Shown: positions 8,454 through 16,800 of the stretch, in pieces | Numbering within the stretch: position 1 is the first letter of the stretch | How the letters are laid out: each line of letters starts with the position of its first letter | Assembly: GCA_037441705.1 (NCBI GenBank) | Contig: JBBIRR010000037.1 | Coordinates: forward strand, 1-38,341 | Source of the DNA: Ignavibacteriales bacterium | GTDB lineage: Bacteria; Bacteroidota; Ignavibacteria; UBA10030; UBA6906 | Direction of reading: 5' to 3' | DNA length: 38,341 nt | Notes under the pieces: model-generated | Seen by the model: the letters and a program-made list of their open reading frames with translations, nothing else | Database searches by the model: none | Told to the model about the DNA's origin: nothing | Made by a program: the position numbers and the translations under genes

Positions 8454-10145
8454 TTATGCTAAGTACTCTTTCAAGCGGTTCGTAAGTCCATCTGGCGAAA
8501 CCAATACTCTCTCCCCCGTTGCCCGTACTTTGATCTCGACCTTGTTGTTGGCAAGATTCTTCTCGCCAACAATTACCTGATAGGGCATTCCGAGGAGGTC
8601 TGCATCTTTGAACTTGAATCCGGGGCTTGTTGACGTCCGGTCGTCGTACAGGACTTCGATCCCTGCTCCCGACATTTCCTTGTAGAGATGCTCCGCCATC
8701 TCAACCACGTCCTTGTTCTTTGTGCTCACTGAAATAAGGTGGACGTGGTACGGCGCAATCGCCTTGTCCCAGATGATTCCGTTCTCGTCATGGTTCTGCT
8801 CGATGTGGCAGGCAATAATGCGCTCGATGCCAATGCCGTAACTGCCCATGATGATGGGCTTTGCGGCGCCGTTTTCGTCCAGATAGCGAGCGCCCAGCGC
8901 GTCGGAATACTTTGTGCCGAGTTTGAAGATGTGGCCAAGTTCGATTCCTTTCACAATGCGCAACTTGCTTTTGCCGTTGGGTGCAAGTTCTCCGGCCTGC
9001 ACGGTGCGCAAGTCATAGTAGCCGTCGATGGTGCAATCGCGCTCGAGATCAATGTTGAGCAGGTGATAGTCGTTCCTGTTCGCGCCACTGATTAGTCCGT
9101 TCGCGCCTTCCAGACGTTTGTCGGCAAGTATCTTGAACCCCTTCAAGCCTACCGGCCCGATCGAGCCTGCATCGGCGCCCGTCAGTTCGCGCAGGGTTTC
9201 TGATTCGATAGGCCTCACATTGGTTTTCATGATGGCAGCCAGCTTCGATTCGTTCAACTCGTCGTTGCCCATCATGAGAACCAGAACGGGCGTCTTGTCC
9301 GCCCAGTACACCACGGACTTGGCGAGGATGCTGTGATCCACCTTGAGAAACGCCGCGAGTTCGTCAATGGTCTTGACGTTGGGGGTATGCACTTCTTCAA
9401 TCGGTTTGCTGTGCGGATGTCGTACGGCTTTCGGTACGACCGAGGTTGCGACCTCGATGTTTGCCGCGTAGCTGTTGTCCTCCGCAAGCGCGATGGTATC
9501 CTCACCCGATTCCGATTCGAGCATGAACTCCTGCGATCCTGTTCCGCCCATAGCCCCGCTCGACGCGCCCACAACAAAGAACTTGAGACCGCAGCGTGTG
9601 AAGATCTTCGTGTACGCCTCCGCATGCCGGTCATAACTCTTGTCGAGGCCCTCCCACGTCGCATCGAGACTGTAGCTGTCCTTCATCAGAAACTGCCTGC
9701 CGCGCAGAACGCCCGAACGGGGGCGCGGTTCGTTGCGGAACTTCGTCTGAATCTGATACCAGATCTGCGGCAGATCCTTGTACGACTCGATGTGGTTCTT
9801 GGCAATCCAGCATATCACCTCTTCGTGCGTCGGCGCCAGAACCAGCGGCCGATTCTTGAGATGAAACAGGTTGTCCCCAAAATCTTTCACGCGTCCGGTC
9901 TCTTCCCACAACTCCAATGGGTTCAGAGCAGGAAGATGAAACTCCTGTCCGCCGATGGCATCCATCTCTTCCTGAACAATGCTGATGACTTTCTTCATCA
10001 CTCGGTAGCCGAGCGGAAGCCACGAGTAGATACCTGCCGCAAGCAGCCGCACCATGCCGGCCCGTATCATCAGCTGGTGACTTGGAATGATGGCATCGCT
10101 CGGCGTTTCTTTTACTGTCGGGATGAACCCGGAACTCAGTCTCAT
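8454..10145 (-). CDS. proS: proline--tRNA ligase (bacterial type with INS editing domain)
   Basis: SHQLMIRAG, LAPTHEE, QIQTKFRNEPRPRSG, GIELGHIFKLGTKYS, MGSYGIGIER, KFKDADLLG. ATG 10145 (MRLSSGF) preferred over the ORF-track GTG 10205. Confidence 0.97.
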   Translation of the reverse strand: MRLSSGFIPTVKETPSDAIIPSHQLMIRAGMVRLLAAGIYSWLPLGYRVMKKVISIVQEEMDAIGGQEFHLPALNPLELWEETGRVKDFGDNLFHLKNRPLVLAPTHEEVICWIAKNHIESYKDLPQIWYQIQTKFRNEPRPRSGVLRGRQFLMKDSYSLDATWEGLDKSYDRHAEAYTKIFTRCGLKFFVVGASSGAMGGTGSQEFMLESESGEDTIALAEDNSYAANIEVATSVVPKAVRHPHSKPIEEVHTPNVKTIDELAAFLKVDHSILAKSVVYWADKTPVLVLMMGNDELNESKLAAIMKTNVRPIESETLRELTGADAGSIGPVGLKGFKILADKRLEGANGLISGANRNDYHLLNIDLERDCTIDGYYDLRTVQAGELAPNGKSKLRIVKGIELGHIFKLGTKYSDALGARYLDENGAAKPIIMGSYGIGIERIIACHIEQNHDENGIIWDKAIAPYHVHLISVSTKNKDVVEMAEHLYKEMSGAGIEVLYDDRTSTSPGFKFKDADLLGMPYQVIVGEKNLANNKVEIKVRATGERVLVSPDGLTNRLKEYLA

Positions 10146-10256
10146 CGTCTTAATACAACCTCTTGGAGAATGAAATGTTCGTGTATCAAGGTGTCGGACC
10201 GGCACACTGCACCGGACGGGGCAAATGCTGAAGGCGCACGTACGTCATCGCGACTG

Positions 10257-10775
10257 TTATCGGGGGCGATTGGGCGGAAGCGGGTACGTACGAACCGGCT
10301 CCTGCTCCGCTTTGTTGGACGAGAGCAGGATGATGGCAAGGGCAAGACCGAGGACGCCCGCGCCTCCGGCAATGTACAACTCTGTGCTGGGACCGCCGCC
10401 TTGAGGCGAGACGGCGGTCACCACAAACTGCACGTCTGGCTTATCGAGCGCAGGAATGTACTCATCCGACGTCCGCCAGCTGATGCGTCTGTTCTTTCCC
10501 GGTCGGACGTTCGCACCGATGTCGCCGATGACGTTGATGGGGGTGTACGTGAATGATGTGTCGGACGCGAGTTTGACGCGCAGCGATACCGAATAAAGTT
10601 CATCCGGGTCGCCCGCCAGATCATATTCGATAAAGATGTTGATCCGTCCCTGTTTGCTGACTCGAACATTGGAGATCAGTTCGTCGTCTCCGGCCAGTGC
10701 CGGCACGTCCGCCGCGTACACGAGGAACGCGACGGCGAGCATCATCAATAAACTCTTCCGTGCAAAGGACACCAC
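10257..10775 (-). CDS. hypothetical exported protein: signal peptide, single beta-rich domain, C-terminal TM helix and Pro-rich tail
   Basis: GGAG RBS before GTG; hydrophobic N-terminus; IEYDL...GDIGANVRPGKNRRISW; LYIAGGAGVLGLALAIILL; ends YPLPPNRPR. Lies 34 bp downstream of the giant gene. Confidence 0.8.
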   Translation of the reverse strand: MVSFARKSLLMMLAVAFLVYAADVPALAGDDELISNVRVSKQGRINIFIEYDLAGDPDELYSVSLRVKLASDTSFTYTPINVIGDIGANVRPGKNRRISWRTSDEYIPALDKPDVQFVVTAVSPQGGGPSTELYIAGGAGVLGLALAIILLSSNKAEQEPVRTYPLPPNRPR

Positions 10776-10809
10776 AGTGCATTCTCCTTTCTCAAAACGT
10801 CAAGCATCG

Positions 10810-13800
10810 TCACTTCATGAGCAGCATCTTGCCGCTGAACGCCTTCCCCGTTGTCGTCGCGAACCGGGCAATGTACATGCCCGTAGCGACGTTGATGCCG
10901 CTGTTATTCTTCCCATCCCAGACGAAGAAATAGCGTCCAGGCTCCAGCGTCCCGACGAATACCGTCCGCACTTCTTCGCCCAGAATGTTGTAGACCTTCA
11001 GGGAGACATCCGCCGTCTGCGGCACAGCGATCGGTAAGGTCGTCGTCGGATTGAACGGATTCGGGAAGTTATTGCCGAGCGCGAACTCCTTCGGCAGAAT
11101 GGAGTTCAACACTTCTCGAACGGCTTCCTCCGTCCCCACAACTACCTTGAGTATTTTGCTTCCCGTCGGTAAATCGAATCTATACACCGGGTCGCTTCGA
11201 AGATCGGCGAATTTTGCCTGCTGCTCATCAATAAGGAAGACTTTCAGATGAGCAGGGATATCGGCAACTCCGTCGAAGGTCAGCTTCAAGTGGTTGCGGA
11301 AGGGTGAGCGAACCGTCATCTCCCATACTTCAAGCTGTTCCACCGCCGGCCGGAAGTCGGATGCGAACTCGCTGTACGCGCGATCCCATTCGGACCGATT
11401 GAAGGCAATGGATGGAATCTCGACAAAGCCGCGCGGCTTGCGATACTCGAAGCGATCCAGGCCCGCGCTCGCATCCCGCCGGACGCCGAACGACATCGAG
11501 CTGTCGGTGATGCCCGCCACTTCGAATGTCATGCCGACAACCCACTCGCCTTCGTTGCGTGCGTATGTCGGCTTGCCCAACGGAGACGTCGTGAACGAGC
11601 CGTACGGGATCTTCAGCGTCGCAAGACTCTCGGCGTTGAAGAAGTAATATCCTGCGTAAGGTACCATCGAGTTTGACGTCGAGAATGTTCCGTTGAATCC
11701 GTAGATAGGATCGAGGATACCGTTGATCGCGCGGACGTCATTCCATAGTACGGCACTCGTGTAGGGGTTAGTAATGATGTTCCATCCCCGCTGCAACGGA
11801 ATGGTGACAACGAAGCTGTTCGTGTCGAGCGGGGCGCTGGGCACCGAAACGTTGCTGATGGTCCACGGACCCTTCTTCAACACCCAGAATGCCCTTCCCG
11901 TCTGGAGGTTGAACGCGGGGTCATTGGCGTTGAATGCAACATAGTAGTTCTCTGCCGCGCCGTTGTCTCGATACACAACCCAGTCGACATTCTGCGTCCC
12001 GCCTAACAACTGATCCAGACGAATGTTGTTGCGCGAAGGATCACCCGGAAATCCGACCAACCGGTAGTCGCTCGGCAAATAGTCTCCCGGCGATTCCCGC
12101 GTCGGATAGGCAACGGTTGTGGCGAGCGTGTACGACGACGGATAGAGAGGCTGGATCGTGAAGACTTTTGCTCGCGAGTACTCGCCTGTTCCGCGCGGGT
12201 TCGTTGCCCGCACACGCCAGAAGTACGTTGCGCCGCGCTGCAACACGGGCGGCCCGATCGTCATCGTGGTAACGGTCAGTGTGGAATCTTCGAAGACCAA
12301 TCCGGTGAAACCCGCATCGGTTGCCACCTGCAACCGGTATGCAAGTGCCAGCGGCGTACTCGACCAGGAAAGCGTTGCGATCGGCGAATAGATTCGGCTG
12401 GAATCCGGCGGTCCGCCGAGAATCGGAGGCCGCGGCATGGGCACTTCGACCACGAAAGGTATCGTGTTGGACGGCCCGCCGCCCGGCTGCGCGTTGCTGA
12501 CCGAAATCGTTCTGCTTCCTGTGTCGGCCGTGACCCCAATCGTCACCGTCGCCCGGAGCTGCGTGGAATCATCTACCGTCAGTGCATTGACGGTGATGTT
12601 CGTTCCCATGTTCAAACTCGTCACGACGCTGTCAACGAAGTTCGAGCCGCGAACGGTGAGAAGAAGCGTGTCCAGTAAGTTTCCGATGGGCGGAGAAACG
12701 CTCACGATGCGCGGCACGGGATGGTTCACCTGGAACGCGTTACTCGTGCCCGATTGCGTTCCGCCTGTAGTCCGCGTCGCGGTAATACGGACGTTGCTCG
12801 CTGCCTGCCGCATGATGATGCGATGAATCAGCTCTCCGTTGTTGAACGTCGGCGTCACGCCTCCACCGGCAAGCAGTGTTCCCGTTGAGGTAATGGTAAC
12901 CGTTCCGGTGAAGTTTGCAATCAGATTATTGAACGCATCTCGCGCAGAAATGCGAATCGAGAACGGCACGATCGCAAGCTGCAAGCCGATGGCGCCGCCG
13001 TTTTCTGCTTCAACAAGAAACGTACTGAGCGGGCCGGTGATATTCGTGAGGTTGAACGTCGCCGGAGCTCCGATGGTGGGCGATGATGCCGTTACTGTGT
13101 ACGATCCTGCAATCGTGTTCGCACGAAACGCACTTGCAGTGGCAATCCCATTGCTTCCCGATTGCACAACAATCGTGGTAGCCCCGCCGGGGAACGACCC
13201 GCTCGGGCCCGTCGTCGGTGCACTGAACGTCACGTCAACGCCGCTGACGGGATTGCCGAAATTGTCTGTGACCAAAACACTAAATGCGGTATCGAACACC
13301 GTATTCACTACGGCAGTCTGCGTCCTTCCTGCGACAATGGTGATGGAACCGGCCGTTCCCGTCGTGTTCGTGAGACTGTAATTGACCGAATCGTTCAGCC
13401 CTTGCGCTTGACCCCGCACCGTGTAGCTGCCCGCGATGTTGTTCGCTCTGAACGGATTGGAAACGGCCATGCCGCTATCGTTCGTCAGCACCGAGTTCGA
13501 TCCTTCAAACGAACAGCTTGGCCCGTTGGATGGCGGCGTAAATGTGACAACGAGATTGGGAATGGGATTGCCGAACGTATCGCGAACCATTGCCTGCAGC
13601 CGAAGAGCGAACAGTGTGGTCACCGGCGCCGACTGCGGCGACCCCCCCGTTGCAATAATTGTGTGCGGAGAGGTTGCAACGTTCGTAAGATTGAAATCCG
13701 CCGGTTGTGTCACGCCATCGGTGGCAGCGCGAACCACATAGCGACCCGCAGAGGTGTTGGCAATAAACAGCGGAGAGGTCGCAAACCCGAAATCGTCTGT

Positions 13801-16800
13801 GCGTACGGTGTCAATCCCATTCTCGAACCTCCCGCTGGGACCCGTCAAGGGATACGTGAAGCGCACGAGGGCATTGGGGACACCGTTGCCCGCGCCGTCG
13901 CGCACAGCAACTCTCAGGAACGATGGGAACGGCGTATTGACGCGCGTCGTCTGATTGGTGCCGTCGATGGCAGTGATGGACGCGGCTGGCCCGGGAAGAT
14001 TTCGGAGATCATACCATGCCGTATCAGCGACGTTGGCGACAACCCCCTTCACCAGATACTGTCCCGCGTGAATGTTGGCGATGAACACCGCTGCGGTGGC
14101 AATGCCGTTCGTATCCGTCAGCATCGTATCCCTGTTAGCGAAGAATGTTCCGCTCGGTCCGCTTTGAGGAGGCGTGAGCCATCGAACGAGTGTGTTCGGT
14201 GTGCCGTTGAAGAACGTGTCCAACACCTCCGCCTGGAAATTGACAGGAAATGCCGTGCTGACCTGGGTTTGCTGCGGCGAACCGGCAATCTGACGAATAT
14301 GACGAGGAGGCCCGGCAAGGTTGCGCATGGCAAACTGCACCGGAGCAGACACGTTCGGAGCGGATGCCGTCACGATGTACGCGCCTGCCCGTAGGCTCGC
14401 CGTAAATGCCGACGCTTCAGCTATCCCGTTAGTATCGGTTTCGACATCAGTGGCTGTTCCTCCGCTGGCCTGGAAAGTTCCTGTTGCGCCTCCACCCGGG
14501 GCTTCGAAATGAACATTCCTGCCGCGAACCGGATTCCCATTTGAATCACGCACCAGCACGCGGAAGCGAATCGGGAATGTTGTGTTCACCTGTACTGCCT
14601 GACCCGAACCCTGCAGGATCTGAATGCTTCCCGGAGGCCCGCTGAGATTCGTCAAGCTATAACTTGTCATCGGGTTCGTACCGCCAACAGCCGTGGCCGT
14701 CACCTGATAAGGCCCACCGGCGATGCTGTTCGCCGTAAACGGACGTGCCCTGGCCAGCCCGTTCTGATCTGTGCGAACCGTATCGATGCCGTTTTCGAAT
14801 GTGCCGCTCGGTCCCGACGTCGGTGGTGTGAATCGAACCAGCGCATTCGGCACAAGGTTGCCAAAGGCATCGCTCACTGTTGCTTCCAGATCAATGGGAA
14901 AGCGCGTCCCGACTTGGGCTGATTGACCCGACCCGCGCGTTGCAGCTATGCTTGATGGCGGAGCCGCGAGATTCGTCAGCGTGTAGAAGGCAGGCGACGG
15001 TGCACCCGTTACCGTGGCCGAAACGGTATATTGCCCTGCAATTGTATTCGCAACGGCAACAATCCGCGCCACGCCGCTGTCGTTTGTCGTCGCAGTACCG
15101 ACCCCGCTTGAAGGGAAATTACAGCTTGCGCCGGTGGACGGAGATGTGAACGTTACCGTCCGGTTGGGTACAGGGTTGCCGAACTGATCTCGCACCAGAG
15201 CCTGCAGCGGAATCGGAAATGTCGTGCCGACAATTGTAGATTGTGATGACGGTTCGATCGTCGAGATTGTTGCAGGCGAACCGGGGGTGTTCCGCAACTG
15301 ATATAGCGCCGGTGTTGCAACGCCCTGCACGGACGCCGTCACCTGATATGTTCCTGCAATGTTGTTCGCCGTAAACGTCGGCGCAACGGCAACGCCGTTC
15401 GTTCCGGTCAATACCTGATTGCTTCCGTTGAAGCTGCCGCTCGGACCGGAACTGGGCGCGAGGAACGTCACAATCACATTGGGAACGGGATTGCCCGATG
15501 AATCTCGCACAAGGGCTTTCATCGTATCGGGAAACGTTGTTGCGACCTGTGCCGTTTGCGGCGTTCCGCTCGTCGCAATGATCGTGTGGGGTGAACCGGG
15601 ATTGTTGGTGAGTGCGAAAGTCGCAGGCGTCGACACTCCCCCGACTGTTGCCGTAGCACTCCACTGACCCGCGCTCCCGTTGGCCGTCAGCACAGGTGCT
15701 TGAGCAATGCCGGCGTTGTCCGTTTGTGCGATATTCACGCCTCCGGCAAACGTTCCGCTGGGACCCGAGGTTGGAACATTGAACGTCACGGTCCGATTCG
15801 GAACAGGATTGTTGAACGTATCACGCACCACCACCGTGAGCCGTTGGGGGAAAGGCGTGTTCACTGTCGTAGCTTGCGGAGTGCCGGCCGTCGGAACGAT
15901 TGTGTCGGGCACATCGGCAAGATTGGTCAGCGAGAAGTTCGCCGGCGTTCCGACGCCCGCAACGTTGGCTGTAACAACAAACGCCCCGGCTCGTTCGTTT
16001 GCCGTAAACGCAACCGCCGTAGCAACGCCATTGGCATTGGTCGTCGCCGTTTCCACGCCGCCGGCAAATGTCCCGCTCGGTCCGCTCAGTGGAGGCTTGA
16101 CGAATTGGACCAGCACATTCGGAACGGGATTGCTGAAAGCATCACGAACAGTCACTTCGAAATTGATTCCGTACGTTCTGCGAACAACAGCGGATTGTAC
16201 TGCGCCTGCAGTTGCCGTTACGGTTGCTGGGGCGCCAGGATCGTTCCTCAGAGAAAAAATCGCGGGAGCCGTAACACCCGAGACGCGCGCCTCCGCCGCC
16301 CAGCTGCCTGCAGCGGTGTTCGCTCGTACCGTTGTAGTTGCAACGCCGGAGGCATTGGTATTGACCGTGTAGGTCGTCGAGTCGTTTGCAAATCGCCCGC
16401 TTGCGCCCGTGAGCGGAGACGTGAACGTCACGGCTACGTTCGGCACAGGGTTCCCTGCCTGATCGCGTACGGTTGCCTGAAGGCTCAGCGGAAAGAGTGT
16501 GTTGACCGTCGTGGTTTGGTTACTGCCGCCGGTGGTCTGAATGACCGACGGCGCGGCTGCGGTGTTGGTGAGTGCGTACGAAGCCGAATCGGGCACTCCG
16601 GGCGCTGAGGCCTTCACCGTGTAGCTGCCCGCAATGAAGTTGGCAGTAAATTGCTGTGCCGTCGCCACGCCCGTCGAATCCGTCGTTCCCGTGTTCACAT
16701 TACCGAGAAACGTTCCCGACGGCCCTGAAGCCGGACGCGTCCAGGTCACTACAATATTGCGCAGTGGGTTACTGAATTGATCCATTACTCGTGCCCTGAA

